Below are positions 39,101 to 47,634 of a stretch of 64,000 bases of DNA, one piece after another; position 1 is the stretch's first letter, and each line of letters begins with the position of its first letter. The notes under the pieces were generated by a model. That model was given only the letters and a program-made list of their open reading frames with translations, searched no databases and had not been told where the DNA came from. The translations under genes and the position numbers were made by a program. The stretch is from the NCBI GenBank assembly GCA_949745595.1, contig CATJWN010000049.1, positions 4,991 through 68,990 on the forward strand. Reading direction: 5' to 3'. The DNA is from an uncultured Clostridia bacterium (GTDB taxonomy: Bacteria; Bacillota; Clostridia; TANB77; CAG-508).

Positions 39101-41842
39101 TGTTGTTTTTGTTCCTTCATGTATGTATTCATATTCTTCGCCTTCTGTCCATTCAGTAGAACCATTTGCTATTGACAACAGTTCACAGTTTTCTGGAAGG
39201 AAGTCAATTATTTTAGCCTCTACTGATTGCATTTGGTAATTTTGAAGTCTAATTATATATGTAACTGTATCACCATATTCTACAAACACTGGATTTTCTT
39301 CTTTTAGTCTTTCATTTTCTACTGGATTTTCACTTAGCTTAGCTCTTAATTCGCTTTCTACATAAGAAGTATCTGTAGCTAGTGTTTTTCCTTCTATTTC
39401 CTCATGTGTAACATCTTTTATAAATTTGTTTATTCTTACATCTGTTGTAAGCCTTATGTCTAATTCCGTCGTTACTGGTGTTTTTATTACTACTGTGTAC
39501 GCATCACGTACTGCTAAGAATGTTTGACCTTTTGCAACATTTTTATATCTATTTATCCATTCTGTAATATACCAACATTCTGTATGTCCATGTGGACATC
39601 TAAAATATGCCCAACCATCTCTATAATGTCCTTCGCAAGAGCAATGGCAACCTGCTCTTATATGTCCACCACCACAAACTGGTCTTGGATGCTCTCCACC
39701 TGTACTTCCGCCGCAGCCACAACCTGATATTTTATGTCCTGCACATGGACAATTAAATGGTGCTTCTGGACAATAAGCAAAATACTGTGTTTCTTGCCAA
39801 TCTCCTACACTATGTGTTCCCGGATATGGACTTCCCCAGTCTCCATCAACAGAAGTGTAAGAATAAGTTTCACTACACTGAGTACCATTTTCGTCTGTGT
39901 CTCTTTGCCATCTTGTAACAACATATTTAGAACTAATTACCCATCCACGTCCATCTGATTTAGTTTGTCTGTAATTAAATTCAAATTTTGTTAGTTTTAC
40001 TGCGTTTTGAATTCTCGCACGTTTTATTATAATATAGAAAGTTGAATTTGGATATGGGAATTCATACTCATCTTCTGATGGTGTTTTTATGTATTCTGCA
40101 GATATTGCATGTCCTTTATTTTCTGTTTCTCTACCTTTCATATCTGTATATACTATTTCAACTTGATTGTCTTCTGCTTTTCCAATTTCTACTTCTTCTG
40201 GTCCTCCAGCTTCATTTTCGAAAGTAACTTTACCATCTAAGATACCACCTAGCATTTTTTGTTTTCTTGCTAAGTTTGAACCAGAAAATTGTTCTATGAC
40301 AACATGCTCTTTTGCAAATGCTAAAGCATAATCACTCATAAAGAATGGTCCTACTTTATAGTAGTATTCTCCATTTTCTTCATATATTGTTGTACCAGTA
40401 GAATCATCGATGCTACCTACTTTTTCACCTTTTACTTCTTCAGTAAAATCATCAGAGCCTGGATCAGCATTTATAGAAACTGATGGTCTGTTAAGTAAGT
40501 TTTCATCTGTTCCTTCTATTGCTGCTGCGTGTTTTGCAGCTTCATCTCCTGATATGTTAGTTGTTAATAATGCTTCATACTCATTTAAAGCAGCTCCTGC
40601 TTCCCATAATTTTGAACTCATTATTAAACCTTCATTAACTTCAGAATATTCAACATCTGCACTTACTTCTGCATCTTCAATATCCTCTATTGTTATATCA
40701 GTATCAATATCTCCTCCACCTTCGCCACGTGCAGGATCTCCTACTACACCCCATATTGCATTTTGAGCTCTCTCTTGATTATAAATATTAGAGCTTATAT
40801 TTGTATAGCCTCCTGTCATCTTTTCAGAAAAGCTGACTGCATATGGAAATATATTTGAGTGATATGTTCCAAATTTATTGTTTATTGTATATATATTTGT
40901 ATATTCTGCCCAATAATGTACATTAGAATATACATATCTATTATTTTTATCTTCTGAAACTAACGGTTTCCCACTTGGCTTTGGCTTACTACCTCCTGCA
41001 GGTGAACCACCGACTACCGCATCTGAAACGCCTACTGAAACACCTAAATCAGAAACTCCATTTGTTACGTCTTCTGTGAAATTAGTGGTTAGTCCCATTG
41101 TTAAACCAGCCATTCCACCACTGCCTGCACGATGTTTACCATCTGCACAAGTTTGATTTCTGTGGTCGCTTTCTATTACCATATCTAAGTGGTCAGAACT
41201 GTCAAAGCTTGTATCAACTCGAGGATTAACATATGACGCATATGTTCTATTATTTATAGTAACATAGTCACTAATATCTATTGACCTTGGTCCATGATCT
41301 ATTTTCAAGTATCCATGATATCTACCAATAGCTTGTCCACCTTTTAAACAGAAGAAAGATGGAAATGTTCTTAATGCTGTTAGACCTGTACTTATTCTTC
41401 CGCCAATATCATAATTTTCATCGTTTAAAAAGTCTAGTAAATTTTTTATTGTTGTGCCTCGTACACTACTACTATCACCGAATTTTATCTTTGGCGAAAT
41501 TTCTTCAGTCTTTTCTGTTATTTTTTCTCTTCCACTTGGTAAAATTTCTCTTGATACTGCCGTTGTTTTCACATCAGCAACTTCCCAAGCTGACTCACCT
41601 TCTTTTAAATAAGTTTTACCTTTGTGGTTATATTTTGCTTCTACTGTATAATTTCCAACAGTAACATTTCCTTCTTGAATTGCTTTTACTGCTACTTGAT
41701 TTTGCAGCTCTTCAGGAGTCTGGCTATCTTCTTTTGTATTAAATAATGCACCCCAGTCAAAACCACTTGCTGTCATTTTAAAACTTGTGAATAATACTAT
41801 TAGCATAAAGACTGCTAGTATTTTCGTCAATTTATTTTTCAT
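33179..41842 (-). CDS. giant surface protein B1 (2887 aa): signal peptide, thioester-like motifs, large Cys/His cluster, SdrD-B/CnaB-like repeats, Pro-rich linkers, C-terminal TPPTG ... TM anchor
   Basis: Uninterrupted 8.7-kb ORF. ATG at 41842 lies 6 nt after SD GGAGG. Motifs: AGTVWLDVDKDGYIGPNANGKLD, GEYMLSGYIPGEYIVRFTYGD, ..VTLTPPTGLDRL...TVVTIIAVILVCVVVLVIIKKYHSRRIK. Confidence 0.8.
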   Translation of the reverse strand: MKNKLTKILAVFMLIVLFTSFKMTASGFDWGALFNTKEDSQTPEELQNQVAVKAIQEGNVTVGNYTVEAKYNHKGKTYLKEGESAWEVADVKTTAVSREILPSGREKITEKTEEISPKIKFGDSSSVRGTTIKNLLDFLNDENYDIGGRISTGLTALRTFPSFFCLKGGQAIGRYHGYLKIDHGPRSIDISDYVTINNRTYASYVNPRVDTSFDSSDHLDMVIESDHRNQTCADGKHRAGSGGMAGLTMGLTTNFTEDVTNGVSDLGVSVGVSDAVVGGSPAGGSKPKPSGKPLVSEDKNNRYVYSNVHYWAEYTNIYTINNKFGTYHSNIFPYAVSFSEKMTGGYTNISSNIYNQERAQNAIWGVVGDPARGEGGGDIDTDITIEDIEDAEVSADVEYSEVNEGLIMSSKLWEAGAALNEYEALLTTNISGDEAAKHAAAIEGTDENLLNRPSVSINADPGSDDFTEEVKGEKVGSIDDSTGTTIYEENGEYYYKVGPFFMSDYALAFAKEHVVIEQFSGSNLARKQKMLGGILDGKVTFENEAGGPEEVEIGKAEDNQVEIVYTDMKGRETENKGHAISAEYIKTPSEDEYEFPYPNSTFYIIIKRARIQNAVKLTKFEFNYRQTKSDGRGWVISSKYVVTRWQRDTDENGTQCSETYSYTSVDGDWGSPYPGTHSVGDWQETQYFAYCPEAPFNCPCAGHKISGCGCGGSTGGEHPRPVCGGGHIRAGCHCSCEGHYRDGWAYFRCPHGHTECWYITEWINRYKNVAKGQTFLAVRDAYTVVIKTPVTTELDIRLTTDVRINKFIKDVTHEEIEGKTLATDTSYVESELRAKLSENPVENERLKEENPVFVEYGDTVTYIIRLQNYQMQSVEAKIIDFLPENCELLSIANGSTEWTEGEEYEYIHEGTKTTTQEGVMGEKVSYSTNKFKMEKKWLVIPGGTESAPGTVDLTVKVKVLDWVDGLDSGELISGIVQTNTVGGGEDIDDPFGPPITPTPTPSTPTGQLLKFENKTQIITNNIGYVEGDELNVDYMRTVYDSEDRPGPVVNLAELDDSKLTISSDWYAINNYNLGINKFISDYKSPVSEANEERGITKDEKIEVDDSTKSRSQMSEQDKEARPFPAEKEDILTYKIRLTNDAKDEYTEKSSYGGKKPATQVRPNNVIDEMHEGLRLATDAELGQAGISGTPVSAKIYDSSGNVKVNNVNVSYTNVSGGSGRTRYEFVIPNFSGSDYVILDPGDYLEYTVYVKVIESNMYLGKLDNEASYKILTNVNAKTLDRVIQNEDGSVNENMAPQQKTKEWVKMKDLVIAGTVWLDVDKDGYIGPNANGKLDRNLDVRQEPSTKLPDYNVEYAMKNIVVKLYKKDGTLVRTTATNDEGLYTFAQTYDESTGTLTWCDGEYTHITAAKDSDQRIDKAEPKDPTNKTYGSNAKLVDYYIEFEYDGLVYKSTEIYSNYMNINGDGTYQDIYEIDSNAYEFKDVREEFNTNYEIIAYNKGYKGDLTHPEYPDLKYEKVDHESYIRVNKDRVITARSFITGKDKTKSIENTKLLWLFKQQSTELPETEYLKFINLGLEEREDVDISITHDVYELTTTINGERMTYEYNQNKYTRKNPDSNEASGIDKAKAEGTERFDSEKFMTGYDAHQSDASETSNKEWYEFEYYLEDYNYRISQYHIQTVRDYKGSPLRTNYEAPINEGGSSVILNNLLGTDDKTNAYVTGRESELNTEIKFRIRVTNNAIDNDEPFLPGFELGASTDIPVYTGINEIVEYYSEDFVDVEVEGGVIKAFNVKTKDENDYLVNTAMKVAEAKAYLADGTEVDVTLSNTSPYNTKRTIEGYDTIFITPTNQSVSTNVLTGNNIKAGQLMLAEGESLDIIIKFVVEKEAETPEKIEMETILGEKENVAEISAYSTYYKDGDSYKSASLVDKDSNPGNYGENYGAAVTDDGYIKYYEDDTFKTGINLKIPSPSTTPDNPDNPTPDPDDPTPTTREKEYTERTLVGYVWDDARSETAENNDGTQYLGDGRWNTSVHAISEARKNQATINGRPAVANGEETDIRVQDVEAKLVEQIRIPVTSAGAIIAHELDGEAAEERIYEDTIYVNDTDSIMETRTDSNGEYMLSGYIPGEYIVRFTYGDDVSKEQCLIFNGQDYKSTSYQSGEAVLAENAQPAGEKTAGDVRLDILEKDGVSDAKDDEIRRLEVIGYSETMNNQKNEILRGANSIDKQAMIDNTSMFAETADFLVRPEKEIRKVTILTYYEYNKKIVETISQARFRVNNIDFGIEYRPELQLGLNKYISNITLTTSDQRGGGTDAPLVDAIFDEFYGVVKQTDYVTGATTFWTDAEGEIIRVDPAASTEYITSVLSRNGVNTNAVEKNNDGTYILAIAGTELNKDKSIGLTNVQYLPNEYDLDADGNPEIDEIDGKVLVRSTQGFAYIVVDDDIMQGATIKIKYLFTGTNLGEVDRVSSNLSDLRFKENEEVRKYDRTINDSSSYYEEVDYQISGQRDRLTLINQNYSAAQTARNALFSEYYRYELESDNSIRQDLTPEHNDILYKVKPKYMKVSDARVVDIRDITNAHTNTTLLTHPGSALAEEANTYYGRYLGSTYFTGVINENMDVLAELKVDKILDYIDNDLVFNNDDNRGEDKLWKTTTAAELFIDGMLNESTYSYYENGQIVNDNAQIQANRERLEKKLVDAQGRAYNTSERSNLAISLDDRVRDDYGQPGAPTEDTTTNKKFTNFLIPRYSKEKSLDSFGTISLYASKVISPEDDNDDMVYENIAEVIQYSSVTGRVTNLATTIGNAKIEELTDTRPSPKPNESPEYYEGRTESDTASVEKVTLTPPTGLDRLNRTVRKVVEGASYTVVTIIAVILVCVVVLVIIKKYHSRRIK

Positions 41843-41856
41843 AACCATCCTCCTTT

Positions 41857-44800
41857 CTACTTATAAATTTTCTTTGTGTTGATTTTTACTTTTAATTTGT
41901 TATTCTCTATTTTTATTATCATTTTTTCTGTCATTATTGCATATGAGCCTAGTGCCATAATGATAAATATAATAGTTATTGGCACAAAATTGCCACCTGT
42001 TCTAATTGAAAGAATAATTTCTTGTGTTGAGCTATTATTAGCTTTTTGCTCTACTACATTTATGCTACTTTCTGCTTCTGCAATTTCAATTAAATTACTT
42101 ATTACACCAGTATTTTCAGTATTCATATTTCTTACTAATACCAAACTTATTTCTTTTTTATCTCCTGGTGCGATATTTTCGTCTTTTAAACTTTCATTAT
42201 ATAGTTTACCATCTGTACCTAAATACCAACCCTTATTGTCTTTTTCGTTGAATTCCATATCTTTTGGTAAATGGTCTACTAATTTTAAAGCTTTACCTGA
42301 AACATTACCTGTGTTTGTAACAACTATCTTATATGTTAATGCAACTGTTGTATTTTTCATTTTCTTAGCATCAACTTCTATTTTTGCTAAGTCTGCATTA
42401 TCATAAGTTTTTGTAACTGTTTTTCCTTTTACATCAACTACTGATTTAGCAATAAATTTTTCAACTTTTAAATCAAAGATGTTTCTTTCTTGTAAACCAC
42501 AATTGATATTTTCTAAGTTTAAGTCTGTAATTGTTATTGTATTGGTTACTGCAATTCCATCTGTATAGTTCATTGCATCTGAATTTCTATCTTCTTCGAT
42601 ATCAACACCTTTATATGTTGAAGCTATATATTTTTCTCCATCATATTTGAAGTTAATTGTGTAATCTCCTGCTGTAACACCTGTAAATTGATATACACCA
42701 CTTCCATTTGTTGTAGTTGTTTTTACAACATTTCTTCCTTGATGTAGCTCTACTTCTATTGCTGATATACCCTTTTCTTCATCATCTTTTCTATTGTTTC
42801 TGTTTACATCTAGCCAAACTTGTCCAGTAATTGAATGTGTTTCTACTGGTGCTTGTGGAGCTTTATTATCATTATTTGAATTGCTGTTATTTGAACTATT
42901 ATTATTTTGATTTGCATTGTTACTTGAGTTGTCATTATTTCCATTATTACTGTTTGAGCTATTGTTGTTAGTAATAGGGTTTCTATTATTATTTGAACTA
43001 TTATTATTTTCATTTGGTCTTATTTGATTGTTGTTTGAAGAATTTGAATTATTTGTTTCTTCATTTTTATATATTGGCTTTTCTACTGGTTTATTTGGAT
43101 CTTCTTCAATGTTTATATTTATTACATTTGAAGAAACAGTCTCCATATAATTAGCTGTTGCTTCTGCTTTATTAGAAATTGTCTTTGAAGTACCATTTAA
43201 TTCTGCTGCTTTTCCAATAATAGTCATTATAACCTTTGCACCTGCTTTAAAATTTGAAATCGTATAAGTAAATGTTGTTCCACCAACATATTTACCAACT
43301 TGATTACCATCTATTTGTACTACAACATCTGTTAGATTTTCAGAAATTTGGTCTTTAATAACAAAATTTTCAGCTACATAATTTCCTTTATTTTCTATCT
43401 CTAATGTTAATTTTACTTCTGCTTTTTCTTTTAAATTATTAATGACATCTGTAGTTTGATTAATAGTAATTTCTGGTCCTATATATTGTCTTGTTAAAAC
43501 ATAACTTTTTTCTGTTTCTACTCCACTTGCTCCTACTGTAAAGAAAGTATCAATTTTTTGTGCATTTCCTGTTTTTCCTTTTGCTCCAATATAAACACTA
43601 TATGATTCTTCTGCTTTCATTTCTGCAAAAGTAACTGTAACAGTATGAGAAGATTCATCATATTTTAAGTCATATTTTGCTTCTCCTTCATATGAATGTA
43701 TTTCATTATTATCTTCTGCATATTCTACTGTGTTTGGAAGAGCTAAAGTTACTACTACATTTTTTAAATCATTATCAGAAATATTACAGAAATCGTTTTT
43801 ATATGTAAATAACTGTCCTGGTTTAATTTCTGTCTTACATTCTGTATTAACAGTCATATCAAAATTTGATTTTACTAATTCATTTTTTGTTGAGTTTGTT
43901 GTAATAGTATCTCCGAAATTTTCAGCTTTAACTGTTGCTTTATTTTCAACAAATACTGTATAGTTAGTATCTAAGTATTTCTTCTGACTATCTTGCAACT
44001 GTGAACCACTATCTATAACATCTTCTCTATAAAAATATCCTTTTTCGTCTTTTTCTACTTTAACACCTAAAGTTTTTTTATAATATGCTTCTGGAGTAGG
44101 TATTGAACCTGTTTTTACATAATATCTAAATTCTTTTCTATCTCCTGGCTCAATATTTCCACAATTTGCATTTACTTCTCTACTATCTACAGATACATAA
44201 TTATCATTTCCATAACCATTTTCCTCTGTATATGCTTGTAAAGTTGTATAGTCTGGTACTACATTTTCTATTCTAACATTTTCTGCTGTGACACTTCCTG
44301 TATTTGCAACAGTAACTGTATATTTTATATATCTAGCTTCTCCTACAACTTTTCCATCTCCAATATCAACTGATAAACTAGCTTCAAGTTTTGGTCCAGC
44401 TTCTGTTACTAAACCTACTAAGTCAGCACTTGAACTTTCATACATTACTGCAACATCTGAATGATTATTATAAAATGCTCCAAAAGATCCATAAAGTTCA
44501 ACTTCATAAGGTAGGTTAGCTGGAATTTGGAAAGTATAATAAAATTTGAATACTGTTCCTGGTTCAACTTCACCTGTTGGTACTATTAAATATGATTTCA
44601 TAGTCTCTATGCTCTCTGGTGTCTTTGTCCATTGGTTATTACTATCATTTAAATCTTTGGTAGCTATTGCGCTTGGTGAATAGTAAATATCACATCCTAT
44701 TGGATTACTATCTGCTTGTGTAATTCCTGTTATCATTTGTGAATTTCTATTTGATTTTGTTTTCTCGCCTGTTATAACATCTGTTGCTTCTGAATGAGGT

Positions 44801-47634
44801 ATTCTACCTAACATTGCAACATCTGTACATTTATTTCCTGTGTTGTTCATTGCTGCTAAATTCATTATAACTTGTCTTGGAACTTCTCCCATTGCAACTA
44901 AAGCTGTTATCTCACCTTGTTTTATACTTTCGATAGTTCCTCCAAGTCCATCATAGTTTTCCATTGAATTTGTTGTTATAAAGCCTATTGGTGCTTTATA
45001 TGAAAACACTTCAATATCAAATCCATTTGTTGTTTTTAATATTCCAGCTGGAATAGGTGATGATATTTTCCAATCTGTTTGTGATTGGTAATTTGAAACA
45101 CCTTGATTGAAGTAATACATTTTTAACTGGTCATCTTTTCTTGGTGCATAATCATCAATTTGTATTTTTGTATTAATTATAATGTTTGTTCCATTAGTTC
45201 CATCACTAGTACTAAAGTTTCTTTGTACACCTTCTAATTGAATTTTCATTCTTTGGTGGTTTGTCTCATCTCTAAAAAGTGTTATATTTTTTACTGTTAA
45301 TCCATCTTCATATAATAAATTAACTGCTCTTACTTCTACATTTTGTACGTGTTCTGGAAAAACGACTTCAAACTCTGGGTTTATATATAAATCGCTTTTC
45401 TCTGTGTTGTTATTAAGCTCTATTTTAAGCTCAACATCATCATTGTCAACTGTTGTAGACAATTCTTCTTTACTCATTGAAATTTCTGCTCTTGTATAAC
45501 TTTTTTCAAAGTATTTTTCTGTTTTTATTGGTGTAAGTGGTATAACTTCTTCTGAAGTACCATATTTTACTTCTGCTTTTATTCTACTTTCAATCTTATC
45601 AAAATTATTGAAAGCTGATTTATCATAAGTGCATTTTCCAAGTGATTTTACAAAGTCAATTGTGAAAGTTCCATTTACTACTATATTTCTGAAAGATACT
45701 TCTACTCCACGTACATCTCCATTTAATGCTATTTCGCAAGTCTCCTGTGAGTTTGCGTTATCTTTACTTAAAGTATATAGTACTTCACCTGTATTTGATC
45801 TTATTTCTATAATTCCGCCTTGATCTAATAATGTCATTAGCTCATTATATCTGAATTTAACTGTCTTATATTTTACATCTTGTGTTTCAAACTCAATTTT
45901 GTCTTTATCAATATAATATTCTTTTGTATCTTTTAAAGTAAATTCTTCTAAAACATCGTTTGTAAGTATGTTAATACCTACTGTTGATGTAAATTCTGCT
46001 TCATATACTGCATCTACTGAGTTGTAGTTTGCATTTATTAAACCTTTGCTGATTGTATCTTCTGTTGTTCCTATTGAATAGGTAATAAGCTCACCTATAT
46101 TTACAAGAGTCGTTTTATCTGCTGAGAATTCTTTAACAATTAAGTTATTTGATTTACCACTATATTCTTCAACAGTCACTTTTCCTTTTAGATTTACTGT
46201 AATTTCTTCACTTCCTACATAATCTTCATATCTTAACACAACTGTATATATATCTTCGCCTTTTGTTAAAACAGCTTCAGGGTTTGTTATTTTTATAGTT
46301 ATGGTTTTTGTACTTTCATTATAAGACCAATTGTCCTCAGTGAAAGTAACTTCATTAATCTCTTGACCTTTTGTAGCTTTTAATTTTGTAGCATGAACAT
46401 CTAATGCTATTGGTAATTTTCCATTAATTTGTGGCACTTCAATTTCTAAAGTAGTTTCTTTAATAGGTAGGTACTTATCTTCTGTACATTCTCTATTTAA
46501 AATTACTTTTCCTTCAACTAAAGTTCCTCTTGTCCCTTCAATCTCAAAAGCTGAGATTTTTGAAACATCACTTGCAAGTAAAATATCACTACTATATGTC
46601 CATTCTGTATTTACTTCATCTGTAGATTTTACTTCTACCTCTTGTAAATCCTCATTTATATATGTACCTGCTAAATCTAGTTTTATATTTTTATATAAAT
46701 CAGCTACTTTTAAAACTTCACCTGCTTTATATCCTATTTTTACATATATCGTGCTTTGATGGATAATGTTTTCTACTAAGATCTCATTGCCACTAATAAT
46801 TTTTGCACTACTTGAAGAAGGTGCCTGAACTTCTGCATCTTCTTTCTCTTTTACTTGCTCTTTATAAGCATTATCCTCATCTACTAAAGTATCGTCTGCT
46901 TCTAACGCTGGTGGTGGCGTTATTACTGATAATTCTGGTGCTTTTTCTTCTGATGGTATTTCAGGAATTGTAGTTTCAGGATTTGCAATTTCATTAGTCA
47001 CTGTATTTTCTTCTGTAACTGTGTTTCCTGCTGATACTGTATTTGTGTTTTCTGCAGTGTTAGCTTCATTGCTATTTACTGTGTTATTAGTAGCTACAGC
47101 ATTTTGATTCGTTGTATTGTCTAATATTTCGTTAGTAGCAAACTCACCACTGCTATTACTTGTAATTGTTTCTGGTAAACTACCATCTAAACTAACTGTT
47201 TGTAAATCAGCATTTACGACTTGTTCACTTTGCAATAATGGCTTATCCGCTTGTACTAATTGCTGAGTACTTTCCTCCTCTTCATCGTTTTGGGTAGAGA
47301 AATTTAAAACTTCTAAAAATTCAAAATTTGGCTCTCCTTCATCAGTAACAGCCTTGATTGTTCCTGATTTCAAATATCCTACTTCTTTCGGCTCTAGCTC
47401 TAAAACCAATGTCATATCTTGGTTTACATCAGCTTTCATTTCCTTCGTTTTCTTGCCATTTTCGTCTAAGAAATATGCTTCATAATCAAGATTATTCTTA
47501 GCAAATAACTTGAAACCAAAGAACGAAAGACCTTCGCTAGTTGCTAAAGCTTGCAAAGTAAGACCACAATTTGAAAATGTCATAACAAACACGATGGCCA
47601 TTACTAAGATTTTCTTAAGTACTTTGTTTTCCAT
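41857..47634 (-). CDS. giant surface protein A1 (1925 aa): signal peptide, DUF11-like repeats, Asn/Ser-rich linker, SdrD-B-like domain, C-terminal IRTG + TM
   Basis: Start moved to the ATG at 47634 (SD AGAAAGGGAAAG; MENKVLKKILVMAIVFVMTF..LQALA signal peptide). VANTGSVTAENVRIENVVPDYT. ITGQVWLDVNRNNRKDDEEKGISAIEVEL...GDYTINFKYD. Confidence 0.8.
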   Translation of the reverse strand: MENKVLKKILVMAIVFVMTFSNCGLTLQALATSEGLSFFGFKLFAKNNLDYEAYFLDENGKKTKEMKADVNQDMTLVLELEPKEVGYLKSGTIKAVTDEGEPNFEFLEVLNFSTQNDEEEESTQQLVQADKPLLQSEQVVNADLQTVSLDGSLPETITSNSSGEFATNEILDNTTNQNAVATNNTVNSNEANTAENTNTVSAGNTVTEENTVTNEIANPETTIPEIPSEEKAPELSVITPPPALEADDTLVDEDNAYKEQVKEKEDAEVQAPSSSSAKIISGNEILVENIIHQSTIYVKIGYKAGEVLKVADLYKNIKLDLAGTYINEDLQEVEVKSTDEVNTEWTYSSDILLASDVSKISAFEIEGTRGTLVEGKVILNRECTEDKYLPIKETTLEIEVPQINGKLPIALDVHATKLKATKGQEINEVTFTEDNWSYNESTKTITIKITNPEAVLTKGEDIYTVVLRYEDYVGSEEITVNLKGKVTVEEYSGKSNNLIVKEFSADKTTLVNIGELITYSIGTTEDTISKGLINANYNSVDAVYEAEFTSTVGINILTNDVLEEFTLKDTKEYYIDKDKIEFETQDVKYKTVKFRYNELMTLLDQGGIIEIRSNTGEVLYTLSKDNANSQETCEIALNGDVRGVEVSFRNIVVNGTFTIDFVKSLGKCTYDKSAFNNFDKIESRIKAEVKYGTSEEVIPLTPIKTEKYFEKSYTRAEISMSKEELSTTVDNDDVELKIELNNNTEKSDLYINPEFEVVFPEHVQNVEVRAVNLLYEDGLTVKNITLFRDETNHQRMKIQLEGVQRNFSTSDGTNGTNIIINTKIQIDDYAPRKDDQLKMYYFNQGVSNYQSQTDWKISSPIPAGILKTTNGFDIEVFSYKAPIGFITTNSMENYDGLGGTIESIKQGEITALVAMGEVPRQVIMNLAAMNNTGNKCTDVAMLGRIPHSEATDVITGEKTKSNRNSQMITGITQADSNPIGCDIYYSPSAIATKDLNDSNNQWTKTPESIETMKSYLIVPTGEVEPGTVFKFYYTFQIPANLPYEVELYGSFGAFYNNHSDVAVMYESSSADLVGLVTEAGPKLEASLSVDIGDGKVVGEARYIKYTVTVANTGSVTAENVRIENVVPDYTTLQAYTEENGYGNDNYVSVDSREVNANCGNIEPGDRKEFRYYVKTGSIPTPEAYYKKTLGVKVEKDEKGYFYREDVIDSGSQLQDSQKKYLDTNYTVFVENKATVKAENFGDTITTNSTKNELVKSNFDMTVNTECKTEIKPGQLFTYKNDFCNISDNDLKNVVVTLALPNTVEYAEDNNEIHSYEGEAKYDLKYDESSHTVTVTFAEMKAEESYSVYIGAKGKTGNAQKIDTFFTVGASGVETEKSYVLTRQYIGPEITINQTTDVINNLKEKAEVKLTLEIENKGNYVAENFVIKDQISENLTDVVVQIDGNQVGKYVGGTTFTYTISNFKAGAKVIMTIIGKAAELNGTSKTISNKAEATANYMETVSSNVININIEEDPNKPVEKPIYKNEETNNSNSSNNNQIRPNENNNSSNNNRNPITNNNSSNSNNGNNDNSSNNANQNNNSSNNSNSNNDNKAPQAPVETHSITGQVWLDVNRNNRKDDEEKGISAIEVELHQGRNVVKTTTTNGSGVYQFTGVTAGDYTINFKYDGEKYIASTYKGVDIEEDRNSDAMNYTDGIAVTNTITITDLNLENINCGLQERNIFDLKVEKFIAKSVVDVKGKTVTKTYDNADLAKIEVDAKKMKNTTVALTYKIVVTNTGNVSGKALKLVDHLPKDMEFNEKDNKGWYLGTDGKLYNESLKDENIAPGDKKEISLVLVRNMNTENTGVISNLIEIAEAESSINVVEQKANNSSTQEIILSIRTGGNFVPITIIFIIMALGSYAIMTEKMIIKIENNKLKVKINTKKIYK

